Numbered from the stretch's first letter, positions 55,586 to 64,000 are shown. The stretch is DNA of 64,000 nucleotides from Dehalococcoidia bacterium (GCA_965226745.1 CBDDDS010000002.1:92801-156800), one strand, 5' to 3'. A program made the numbers and translations. Notes: generated by a model from the letters alone, not told the origin.

Positions 55586-56824
55586 ATGACTAGGCGAGTG
55601 GCTGTCACCGGCCTTGGCGTCGTCACGCCCCTTGGCAACGACGTTGCTTCATTCTGGGAGAGCCTCGTTGCGGGGCGCTCGGGGGTCGCCGGCATCAGCC
55701 TGTTCGACGCCTCCGGCTTTCGCGTGCGCATAGCAGCCGAGGTTCGTGATTTCGCAATTCCAGCGAGGCTGGAAGGCCGGAGGGTGCGGCGCCTCGACAG
55801 GTTCGCCCTCTTCGGCGTGGCCGCGGCCCTGCAGGCATGGGCCGATGCAGGGCTCGACGACGAGTCCCCGGACCCCTACGACGCGGGCGTGATCATTGGC
55901 TCCAGCCACGGCGGGGAAACGACCTTCCTCAACGAGGCCGGCAAGCTGCTGGGCGCAGAGCGGGCGAGCCCGTCCCCCCTGTTCTCCCCCCGAATGCTGA
56001 GCAATATGGCCGCCGCTCAGACCGCTATTGTGCTGGGGCTGCGGGGCCCCAGCTTTGGGGTTTCCTCTGCCTGTGCGACGGGCGCGCACGCCATCGGCGA
56101 GGCTGCGGAGATCATCCGGCGGGGAGACGCCGAGGTGATGCTGTGCGGCGCTTCCGAGGCCTGCATCTCTCCATTGACCCTCGCCAGCGACGACGCCCTC
56201 GGCGCTCTTTCGCGGCGAAACCACGCCCCAACGGAAGCAAGCCGCCCCTTCGACGCCGGGCGGGACGGGTTCGTCCTTGGGGAAGGCGCCGGAGTGCTCG
56301 TCCTGGAAGCCTTCGAAAGAGCGCGCGCAAGGGGCGCAACGATAGTGGCCGAACTTGTGGGGTACGGCGCAACGACCGACGGCTTCCACGAGACGCGGCC
56401 CATACCGGACGGTGAGAGCGCGGCGAGGGCAATGCAGCGAGCGCTTGCGAAGGCCGGGGTCGCGCCAACCGAGGTGGACGCGGTTTTCGCCCACGGAGCG
56501 AGCACCCGCGCAGGCGACGTGGCTGAGACGGCGGCGATCAAGTCCGCGCTTGGAAGGCGCGCCTGGGAAACTCCCGTGACGGCCATCAAATCCATGACGG
56601 GCCACCTCTTGGGGGCCTCCGGGGCGGTGCAGGCGGCAGCGGTGGTGAAGGCCATGGCCAACGGCATCCTTCCGCCCACAATCAACCTCACGGCGCCGGA
56701 TCCCGAATGCGACCTTGACTACGCGCCCGGGGCGGCTAGGACGGCCGCCCTGAGCGTCGTCATGTCCAACGCGTTCGGGTTCGGGGGCCACAACGCCTGT
56801 CTCGTCTTCAGACAGGCGACGTAA
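55586..56824 (+). CDS. Beta-ketoacyl-ACP synthase II (FabF-like) embedded in the biotin operon
   Basis: Trimmed to ATG 55586: MTRRVAVTGLGVVTPLGNDVASFWESLVAGRSG… The Cys-His-His triad context is intact (SSACATGAHAIG, FAHGASTRAGD, SMTGHLLGASG). Confidence 0.9.
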   Translation: MTRRVAVTGLGVVTPLGNDVASFWESLVAGRSGVAGISLFDASGFRVRIAAEVRDFAIPARLEGRRVRRLDRFALFGVAAALQAWADAGLDDESPDPYDAGVIIGSSHGGETTFLNEAGKLLGAERASPSPLFSPRMLSNMAAAQTAIVLGLRGPSFGVSSACATGAHAIGEAAEIIRRGDAEVMLCGASEACISPLTLASDDALGALSRRNHAPTEASRPFDAGRDGFVLGEGAGVLVLEAFERARARGATIVAELVGYGATTDGFHETRPIPDGESAARAMQRALAKAGVAPTEVDAVFAHGASTRAGDVAETAAIKSALGRRAWETPVTAIKSMTGHLLGASGAVQAAAVVKAMANGILPPTINLTAPDPECDLDYAPGAARTAALSVVMSNAFGFGGHNACLVFRQAT

Positions 56825-56879
56825 GATCCAGACGCATGGCCCTTCTCCTTACCCGCCTTCATGCCACAACGTAGTTTCT

Positions 56880-57602
56880 ATGACTGAGCAGCCGAACATC
56901 CACCTCGTGACCGGCACCGATACGAACGTCGGTAAGTCCATTGTCGCTGGCTGGCTGGCGGCAGAACTGACGGGCTTGTGCAAAGTGGCAGTCGTGAAGG
57001 CGGTCCAAACCGGCGTAGCGCAGGACTCGGAAGGCGACGCCGCGACGTACGCAAGGCTCGTGGCGGGCCGCGCCGTGACGATTGAAACCCTGCTCTCGTT
57101 TGCCGAGCCGATGGCGCCCGCCATTGCCGCTCGCAGAGAGGGCCGGGACATCGACCTGCAGGCGTTGGCTGAGCAGGCCCTCCATATTGCCAGGTCGCAC
57201 GACGTCACGCTCGTCGAGGGGTCGGGGGGACTGTTGGTCCCCATCGACCGGGAGGGCCGCGACTTTCGGGACTTCGCCGAGGCTTTGGGCGCCTCTCTCA
57301 TCGTGGTGGCGAGTCCCGGTCTGGGGACGTTGAATCACACGCTCTTGACCCTGGAAGCAGCGCAGGTCCGAGGGTTGCCAGTGATATTTATTGTTTTGGA
57401 TGGCATGTCATCCACGCCTACGCCGGTCGAATTGGAGAACATCGCCTTCCTTGGAGGCCAGCTTCCGCAGACACCGCTGATAGTGCTTCGCCATGACCCT
57501 GATCTTCGCGTGGACGGCTTTCAACCCATGCTCACCGCGGGCGGCGGCTGGCCTGGGGCGCCGCTTTCCCCAGCATGGCTGGCCGGGATGCTGGCCCCCT
57601 GA
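56880..57602 (+). CDS. bioD: Dethiobiotin synthetase
   Basis: 240 aa. …LVTGTDTNVGKSIVAGWLA… P-loop; …LVEGSGGLLVP…. Confidence 0.9.
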   Translation: MTEQPNIHLVTGTDTNVGKSIVAGWLAAELTGLCKVAVVKAVQTGVAQDSEGDAATYARLVAGRAVTIETLLSFAEPMAPAIAARREGRDIDLQALAEQALHIARSHDVTLVEGSGGLLVPIDREGRDFRDFAEALGASLIVVASPGLGTLNHTLLTLEAAQVRGLPVIFIVLDGMSSTPTPVELENIAFLGGQLPQTPLIVLRHDPDLRVDGFQPMLTAGGGWPGAPLSPAWLAGMLAP

Positions 57603-57616
57603 TTCCCCTTCATCGC

Positions 57617-58366
57617 CTATGGCTTTCCGCCGCCCAAGCTCGGCGCCAGCGACCTGAAGTATTCGTAGGCGTGGGAAGCCCGCCGATTCCAGTCGGGGCC
57701 AAAGTCGGCGATGTACTCCGGTGAAAGGGCCTCCGGCGTACCAACGATGGTGGCGATGACCTGCATGAGCGCCGCCCGTTCCAGATAGATGGTGTTGCTG
57801 ACGGCGTGCTCCACAGTTGGGCCCACAACCACGATCCCGTGGCCGCGCAACAGCATCGCGCTCCGGTCGCCAAGGCACTCGGCCGCTTCCCTGCCCAGCT
57901 CCAGGTTCGCAATGAGGTTGGGCTTTGGAAAGATGGGCGTCTCGGGGGCGAAGGGAATGGCCTGGTTATACACGGCCCTGATGGGCGTGTTGCCGACCCC
58001 CATTGCGGTGGCGATCAACTGGTGCGTGTGGACAACGCACATCACGTCCGGCCGCGCCTGGTACATACATACGTGAAGCATGGTCTCCCGGGGCGGCACA
58101 GGGTTGTCGATAACTCGGCCCTGCTGCTTACTGGGGTCCCATTGGCTCTGGTTGGCGTGGGAATACTCCTCGATGTCTACTGTCAGGATGTCCTCGGGCT
58201 TGATGGCGTAGTGGGGTCGAGCCACCGGCTTGATGAGCAGCAAGCCGGTCCCGGGTATCCGGGCGCTGACGTGGCCGTGGTAGTCCACCAGCCCCTGATG
58301 GTCCAGTATCTGCGAGCTTTCAGCGACCTGCGCCTTCAGAGCGCCAATGTCTGTTTCGTCTGCCAT
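57617..58366 (-). CDS. Class II aldolase / adducin-domain protein
   Basis: 249 aa. …GHVSARIPGTGLLLIKP…VVHTHQLIATAMG…. Confidence 0.85.
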   Translation of the reverse strand: MADETDIGALKAQVAESSQILDHQGLVDYHGHVSARIPGTGLLLIKPVARPHYAIKPEDILTVDIEEYSHANQSQWDPSKQQGRVIDNPVPPRETMLHVCMYQARPDVMCVVHTHQLIATAMGVGNTPIRAVYNQAIPFAPETPIFPKPNLIANLELGREAAECLGDRSAMLLRGHGIVVVGPTVEHAVSNTIYLERAALMQVIATIVGTPEALSPEYIADFGPDWNRRASHAYEYFRSLAPSLGGGKP

Positions 58367-58486
58367 GCTTCCTCCTTGCCGGGACTCCTCGCTTCACGGC
58401 TTCGTAGCGGCTGCCGCGGCATGTTGACTCAGCATCATAGCGTGGATACCGTGGCGTCGCATCATCCAGGCCGGGCTCTTGGCCGC

Positions 58487-58530
58487 GTCCCTGCCTCCGT
58501 ACTCGGGGGCAGGTTAAGATGGGTCTGAAC
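58487..58530 (+). repeat. REP-like hairpin element copy
   Basis: GTCCCTGCCTCCGtactCGGGGGCAGGTTAAGATGGGTC. Confidence 0.6.
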
Positions 58531-58591
58531 TGGGTAGTGCGGGAAACTCGGCGCAGTAGTTCTGCAAAGGTCTCGGTATGGAGGACGCGTC

Positions 58592-59633
58592 GTGGCCGCT
58601 TCTCAGATAACGGTGCTCGTCATGGCTCCGCCCTTGAGTTCTGAGCGCTCGTACATCGAGGCGCTGGACCCCCGGCTGCGGGTGTTGGATGGCGGCGCCG
58701 CCTACCTGTCGGAACTCCAGGAGAAGGGCCTCCATTCACGCAGGCGGTTGCCTGAAGGAACGCGCCCCGCGTCAAAGGCGGAACGGAACCGCTTGCTTCA
58801 GAGCGCCGAGGTCGTGGTGATGAGCCATCCGGTGCTGCCGGACCTGAGGGCGCGCGCCCCGCAACTGCGGTGGCTGCACCACGTCCAAGCGGGGGTATCG
58901 AACCTCTGGGGTACGGACATCTGGGACTCTGACGTAACGCTGACCACGTCCATCGCCGAGTTCGTCATGGCCGGCGTGCTGTACTTTGCGCGGGGCCTTC
59001 ACGACAGCGCGGCTGCAAAGGCGCAGGGTCAGCTCGACCGCACTGCGCGCCAGCGCATGGTCCCGGTGCGGGGTGCCACGTTGGGCATCATTGGGCTTGG
59101 GGGAATCGGACGAGAGGCCGCCCGGCTGGGCAAGGCCCTTGGCATGAGGGTGCTTGCCACTCGGCGCACCATCCAGGAAGAACAGCACAACGTGGAAGGC
59201 GTGGACATACTCTTGCCTCCGCGCGGACTGCTGGACATGGCGCGGGAGAGCGACTTCCTGGCCTTCTGCGCCCAATTGACCCCTGAGACGCTGGCCATGG
59301 TCAACCGGCAGGTCTTCGAAGCCATGAAGCCCACGGCGGTATTCATCAACGTCGCACGCGGCGAGGTCGTGAACGAGGACGACCTTGTGGAGGCCCTGCG
59401 GATGGGGCGCATACGGGGCGCCGTCCTGGACGTCTACGAAGGAGAGTTGGCCGGGCGCCCGCCCCGGCAGGAGTTCATGGACTGGCCGCAGGTGTTGCTC
59501 ACGCCCCACATAGCGGCGCAGCGGGGCACCGGGCCCTGATGAGTCGATGCGGAGCCTGCTCTGCGAGAACCTGCGCCGGTATCTGGCAGGCGAGCCGCTC
59601 ATCAACGTTGTCGACCGGGCCAGGGGGTACTAG
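58592..59633 (+). pseudogene. D-isomer-specific 2-hydroxyacid dehydrogenase, frameshifted ~30 codons before its natural end
   Basis: The track ORF ends at TGA 59537-59539 (…LLTPHIAAQRGTGP*). The +1 frame continues GPDESMRSLLCENLRRYLAGEPLINVVDRARGY* (TAG 59631-59633), which is the usual C-terminus of this family. NAD motif GIIGLGGIGREAA. Confidence 0.8.
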
Positions 59634-59749
59634 CCATGCCGGCCGGGCGCTATGCCTGCCGGCGCCCCCTACCCCGCGAGACCGCCGACCTCGCCCGCAA
59701 CGACGACACCCCCTCCTCTCCGTCCTGTCTGTCCCGGCGGTGTTCCGGG

Positions 59750-60145
59750 CTACCCGGACGCCGCGTCCCCTCCCTCCTCCGCCGGGACGAATCGCATGGA
59801 CAGGGAGTTCACGCAGTGGCGCGTGTTGGTCTGCGTGAGGCGCTCCCCAAGAAACACGTGGCCAAGGTGGCCGCCGCAACTGGCGCATTGAATCTCCGTA
59901 CGGAAGCCATCGGGGTCCCGCAGGTGGGTGACGGCGCCGGGGACCTCGTCATCGAAGGCCGGCCAGCCGCAGTGGGCGTCGAACTTGTCTTTGGAGCGGT
60001 ACAGCTCGGCGTTGCACCTCCGGCAAAGGTAGACGCCATCCTCGTAGAAGTTGTCGTACTCGCCTGAGAAGGGCCTTTCGGTGCCCTTCGACTCGATGAT
60101 GCGGCGTTCGTCCGGCGTGAGCGGATTGTAAGTTGCTCTGTCCAT
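59750..60145 (-). CDS. msrB: Peptide-methionine (R)-S-oxide reductase
   Basis: Trimmed to ATG 60145 (GGGAGG 9 nt upstream). …[26 protein letters not shown]…[13 protein letters not shown]…RHCVNS…. Confidence 0.93.
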   Translation of the reverse strand: MDRATYNPLTPDERRIIESKGTERPFSGEYDNFYEDGVYLCRRCNAELYRSKDKFDAHCGWPAFDDEVPGAVTHLRDPDGFRTEIQCASCGGHLGHVFLGERLTQTNTRHCVNSLSMRFVPAEEGGDAASG

Positions 60146-60322
60146 CTGTTGAAACCTCCCGTTGCTGGGTTCCATCCGGGCGGCGCGGTCGCCGCGCCGC
60201 CTGCCGGTGTTGCCTCATCGTATCGCGGCTGGTACCTTGTCGCCACTCCCAATGGGGAACGGAGAGCATGGGGAGACAATGAGCAGAGGCGCCGGTCCGG
60301 CGCCCGTAGGAATGGAGGCAAC

Positions 60323-62560
60323 GTGGTTACGGCAGTAACAACACAATTGGACCCCGTCAAGTACGAGATGTTCCTGCACCGCCTGTGGGCTATCGGCGAG
60401 GAGGGACGGACCTCGCTTCAGCAGGTGACTGCCTCGCCCATCGTTTCTCAGGGCGGCGAGTGCATGAGTTCCTTCTACAACGCGGACGGCGTCATGGTCC
60501 TCGCCTGTTCAGGCCACCTCCGCTTTGCCGCGGCGACGTCCGACGCCATCAAGAAGCTCATTGAGTGGTACGGGGAGAGCCCCGGCTTCTTCGACGGCGA
60601 TCAGTTGTTCTTCAACGACCCCTATATTGCCGGTGCCCACACCTACGACATGATGATTGTGAAGCCCATCTTCCACGAGGGCGCCCTCATCGGGTGGCTT
60701 GCCTCCAGCATCCACACGGCGGACACCGGCGGAATCATGCGGGGATTGGCCACGGAGATCTACCACGAGGGCATCAGAATTCAGGGCCTCAAGGTGGTGG
60801 AGAAGGGCGAGTTCCGCGAGGACGTCTTTCGCTGCATCACGGAGCAGTGCCGCGACCCCGGATACGTGGGCCTGGACATGAAGTCCATGATCACGTCCAA
60901 CAACGTGTGCTCCCGGCGCTACCTGGAACTAGTGCAGAAGTTCGGCGTGGACTTTATCCAGATGGCCGGCGAGAAGATCATTGAGGACTCTGAGCGGATG
61001 GCGCGGGCGAAGCTGCGCGGCCTCCCCGACGGCGCCTGGGGATCGAGGGCCTATGGGACCGCTTGGAACCGCATCGAGGGCGGCGTCCAACCCTACGTCG
61101 TGTCCTGCACAATGACCAAGCGCGGAGAGGACCTGAACTTCGACTTCAGCGGAAGCAGCCCGCAGATGAACGATACGACCAACTCTACGTGGGCCGGGAC
61201 GATGGCCCAGTTGGCCGTGGTGCTCACCGACTTCCTCTTCTGGGACGTGCCCTGGAGCGACGGCAAGTTCGTCCCGGTAACGGCCTCGGCGCCGGAGGGC
61301 AGCATCCTCAACTGCGCGTTCCCGGCGGCCTGTGGCGGCGCACCGGGCGTGGGCGTGACCGCCAAGATGGCTGCCAGCGAGTGCATCGCCAAGATGCTGT
61401 ACGCCGGCGGGCAGGCCCAGGACATCAACGCGCCATGGCAGGGCATCTGGTATAGCGGGGGCCCCCTGGCCTTCTACGGCGGCCACAACCGGGCCGGCTT
61501 GGTCACGGCCCAGGGCCTCTACGACGGCCACGGTTCAGGCCTTGGCGCCACGCCCGAGCGGGACGGCGTGCCCTGTGGCGGGAACATGAACATCCCCTCC
61601 GGCGGCATAAGCGACATCGAACGCATCGAGATGCAATACCCCTTCGTCTACTTCACCAGGAACTTCCATCGGGACGGCGGCGGGCCCGGCAAGTTCCTCG
61701 GCGGCGCGGGCAGCTACCGGCTGTATATGATCTACGGTTCCCAGGACACCACGGTGAACTACATGCCCTACGGGGGCATCCCAGAGGGCGCGGGCCTCTT
61801 CGGCGGCTTTCCCGCCGGTGTCGGCGGCACCCGGGCGGTGTTCCATACCGAAGGCCCGTCAATTCTCGAACGCCTGCGAGAGGGCTACCCCACCAACCCC
61901 GGCCAATTGGAGCCGGAAGGCTGGGGCCGAATCGCTCATTCGCCACAGATGATTGGACGCGCTCCCCTCCCGGAGTACTGCATCGTGGCCGATTTCGCCG
62001 CAGGCGGCGCAGGCTACGGCGACCCCTTACAGCGCGTCGCGCTGCGCGTTGCCAGGGACGTCAGCGAGGGCATCGTCTCGCCTCGGCTGGCTGAGACCGT
62101 ATTCGGCGTCGTGGTGGACGCGGATTCCCTGCTCCTCGACGAGCAAGCGACCGGCTCCCTGCGGCGCAGGATTCGGGGCGAACGCGCGGCGGGGCCGCCC
62201 TATGCCGGCAGGACATCCTCACTTCCAGAAGACCTTGGCGACGCCCGGTGGCAGACCGTCCTCAGGTTCCACGAGAGCCTCGAGGTGGCCAGCGCCTCCG
62301 GCATTCACGCCATCCGCTGCACAGACTGCGGCCACCTGTTCTGCAACGCAGACGAGAACTACAAGCTGTACAGCGCTCGCTTGGTGCAGGACCTGGAGGA
62401 GCTGGCGGGGCAGAAGATGCCCTCGGGCGACCCCTTCATAGGGGAGTACCACAGCTTCCATTGCCCCGGCTGCGGCAACCTGCTCCAGACCGACGTATTC
62501 TGCCCTTCCATCTCGGACTCGGACGAGCCCTACCAGGACTTCTGGGTCGCGCCTCAATAG
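60323..62560 (+). CDS. HyuB / acetone-carboxylase-alpha-like protein fused to an AcxC (gamma-subunit)-like 4-Cys zinc-ribbon domain
   Basis: GTG 60323 lies within track ORF 60149-62560. HyuB-type body (…DPVKYEMFLHRLWAIGEEGRTSLQQVTASPIV…). The last ~110 aa contain …IRCTDCGHLFCNADENYKLYSARLV…EYHSFHCPGCGNLLQTDVF…. Confidence 0.8.
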   Translation: MVTAVTTQLDPVKYEMFLHRLWAIGEEGRTSLQQVTASPIVSQGGECMSSFYNADGVMVLACSGHLRFAAATSDAIKKLIEWYGESPGFFDGDQLFFNDPYIAGAHTYDMMIVKPIFHEGALIGWLASSIHTADTGGIMRGLATEIYHEGIRIQGLKVVEKGEFREDVFRCITEQCRDPGYVGLDMKSMITSNNVCSRRYLELVQKFGVDFIQMAGEKIIEDSERMARAKLRGLPDGAWGSRAYGTAWNRIEGGVQPYVVSCTMTKRGEDLNFDFSGSSPQMNDTTNSTWAGTMAQLAVVLTDFLFWDVPWSDGKFVPVTASAPEGSILNCAFPAACGGAPGVGVTAKMAASECIAKMLYAGGQAQDINAPWQGIWYSGGPLAFYGGHNRAGLVTAQGLYDGHGSGLGATPERDGVPCGGNMNIPSGGISDIERIEMQYPFVYFTRNFHRDGGGPGKFLGGAGSYRLYMIYGSQDTTVNYMPYGGIPEGAGLFGGFPAGVGGTRAVFHTEGPSILERLREGYPTNPGQLEPEGWGRIAHSPQMIGRAPLPEYCIVADFAAGGAGYGDPLQRVALRVARDVSEGIVSPRLAETVFGVVVDADSLLLDEQATGSLRRRIRGERAAGPPYAGRTSSLPEDLGDARWQTVLRFHESLEVASASGIHAIRCTDCGHLFCNADENYKLYSARLVQDLEELAGQKMPSGDPFIGEYHSFHCPGCGNLLQTDVFCPSISDSDEPYQDFWVAPQ

Positions 62561-62728
62561 CGCGCCGGCTAGAGCCGCGTCCCGTCTTCCGGCCATCCAT
62601 CTTCGGCCATCCATCTTGAGTAAAGGGCCCGCCTGAGGGGCGGCAACGGCCACGGGAGGAATGTGGTGTATTCCTCCGTTGCCCTCGCCGGAACACCCTC
62701 GGTGAGACGAACACCGGAGAGTAAAGCA

Positions 62729-63724
62729 ATGACAACGTTGGATGTGAAAGGCGTAGCCTCCATGTACGGAGGATTCTGGAACTACGATCTGAAAGACTTC
62801 TGCTATATGACCAACCGGCACATCTCCTCGCTGATAGCGGCGCCCCTAGGGTTGAGCCCCGGCCACGTTGTGGCCGCCAACGGCGCCAGCGAGCTGATCG
62901 CCGCCATCACAAGCCGTTTCGTGGAGCGCCTGGCGGTCCCGACGCCCACCTTCGACGAATTCGTCAACCGCGCCCTGATCGAGGGGAAGCGCGTAAGCCC
63001 CTATCAACTGGACGACGGCTTCGATCTGGACGTGGAGGACTTTGTCCGCCACGTCCGTCACACCGGCGCCGACGCGGCCCTGATCATCAATCCCAACAAT
63101 CCGACGGGCAGATTGGTCACAAAGCGGGACATGCAACACCTGCTCGAGTCGCTGGCTCATATCGGCCTGGTCCTGGTCGATGAGTCCTTCCTCGACTTCA
63201 CCGACGAAGAGCCTTCACCTTCAGTCATGGGGATGGTCCACGATTTCCCCAACCTCCTGGTCCTGAAGAGCCTTTCCAAGTCGTATGGCATACCAGGGCT
63301 GCGGCTGGGGTTCGTGGTTTCCGGCCGGCCCGACATTGCCGACGAGTTGCGTAGCGCGATGCCCATCTGGAGCATCAACTCGCTGGCACAGTCGTTCCTG
63401 GAGGAACTGCCCGCGTTCGAAGCGGATTTCGTCCGGTCCTGTGCGCAGGTCAGAACAGCAACAAACGCCCTGTTCGCCGGCCTGCAAACCGTTCCCTACC
63501 TGAGCCCCTACCCCAGCCAGGGAAACTACGTGCTGAGCCAGGTCCTGCATGGCTTCACCGGGCCGGAGCTGACTGCCCGGCTCTTCGATCAATTCGGAAT
63601 CCTCATCAACGACTGCAGCGGTAAGGTGGGCCTCGACGAACGCTTCGTGAGGATGGCGTCCCGCACCACGGAGGAAAACGCGGAGCTGGTCCAAGCGCTC
63701 CAGGCCCTTCATGCCGGCGCTTGA
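62729..63724 (+). CDS. Class I/II PLP-dependent enzyme of the HisC/CobD (histidinol-phosphate aminotransferase / threonine-phosphate decarboxylase) type
   Basis: Trimmed to ATG 62729 (GGAGAG 7 nt upstream). …ALIINPNNPTGRL…LVDESFLDF…LKSLSKSYGIPGLRLGFVV…. Confidence 0.8.
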   Translation: MTTLDVKGVASMYGGFWNYDLKDFCYMTNRHISSLIAAPLGLSPGHVVAANGASELIAAITSRFVERLAVPTPTFDEFVNRALIEGKRVSPYQLDDGFDLDVEDFVRHVRHTGADAALIINPNNPTGRLVTKRDMQHLLESLAHIGLVLVDESFLDFTDEEPSPSVMGMVHDFPNLLVLKSLSKSYGIPGLRLGFVVSGRPDIADELRSAMPIWSINSLAQSFLEELPAFEADFVRSCAQVRTATNALFAGLQTVPYLSPYPSQGNYVLSQVLHGFTGPELTARLFDQFGILINDCSGKVGLDERFVRMASRTTEENAELVQALQALHAGA

Positions 63725-63757
63725 GCAGTCGAGGGATGGTCCCGATAGGAGGGGGGA

Positions 63758-64000
63758 ATGAAAGCAGTTATCCTGGCGGCGGGTGAAGGGACGCGGCTGC
63801 GCCCCTTGACGAACACGGTGCCCAAGTGCCTTGTCGAGGTGCGCGGGAAACCCATCCTGCAATACGAAATGGAGGCCCTGGAACATGCCGGCGTCGAGCA
63901 CTGCGTGGTCGTGGTTGGCCACCTGTGCGAGAGCGTGACGAACCGCGTCGGCCCACAATTCGGCCGGATGAGCGTGTCCTACGTGGCCAATGAGGACTAC
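63758..64000 (+). CDS. Nucleotidyltransferase (NTP_transferase fold), N-terminal part; continues beyond the window
   Basis: Own translation: MKAVILAAGEGTRLRPLTNTVPKCLVEVRGKPILQYEMEALEHAGVEHCVVVVGH… This carries the G-x-G-T-R-L signature of sugar-/alcohol-phosphate nucleotidyltransferases. Confidence 0.8.
   Translation, partial: MKAVILAAGEGTRLRPLTNTVPKCLVEVRGKPILQYEMEALEHAGVEHCVVVVGHLCESVTNRVGPQFGRMSVSYVANEDY

Noticed and set aside
1-64000. Search for prophage, integrase, restriction-modification, toxin-antitoxin, CBASS/retron/Cas-like or other defence modules, and for rRNA or other large ncRNAs.
   Set aside because: No translation in any frame showed the hallmark motifs I can recognise by eye (integrase RHRY context, nuclease/helicase/ATPase combinations, reverse transcriptase YxDD, methyltransferase motifs). 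The only RNA gene supported is tRNA-Leu.

Overview
64-kb high-GC bacterial chromosomal window. A Chloroflexota-like origin is only a low-confidence guess, based on type-Z S14, a PspA/PspAA pair and a str operon without tuf. Layout: (i) 1-3.2 kb is a decaying accessory block: a partial FAD oxidoreductase, an amber-interrupted DUF1330 gene, a frameshifted TPP enzyme and an IS481-like transposase relic. (ii) 3.2-25.3 kb is one co-directional translation gene array: rpsL-rpsG-fusA, the S10/spc/alpha operons, secY-adk-map-infA-rpmJ, truA and rplM-rpsI, closed by a clear intrinsic terminator. Several of its proteins (L4, S3, S17, L5, S5, L13, RpoA) carry Ala/Glu/Pro-rich low-complexity extensions. 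The S17 extension is about 9.4 tandem copies of a 48-bp unit. (iii) 25.6-51 kb is accessory metabolism. It holds a divergent DXR paralogue, ADH/SDR genes, DUF1802 plus an aldo-keto reductase, PspAA-PspA, a lipoprotein cytochrome c and an amidohydrolase. It also holds a codon-usage-atypical islet (PD40/TolB-like lipoprotein, orphan solute-binding protein, tRNA-Leu(UAG)), two hypothetical genes, an orphan HyuB, an MFS transporter, and a Rieske-oxygenase cluster flanked by two PhtD-like genes. (iv) 51.8-57.6 kb is bioB-bioA-bioF-[fabF-like]-bioD. (v) 57.6-64 kb holds a class II aldolase, a frameshifted 2-hydroxyacid dehydrogenase, msrB, a HyuB/AcxB-like protein fused to an AcxC-like zinc ribbon, a CobD/HisC-like PLP enzyme and a partial nucleotidyltransferase. 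A dispersed hairpin (REP-like) element and several short tandem duplications populate the intergenic DNA. I found no rRNA, CRISPR array, prophage, or recognisable defence or toxin system, and I cannot honestly claim a clearly new multi-gene system. The most unusual items are listed under findings. All similarity statements come from reading the translations by eye; no searches were run.
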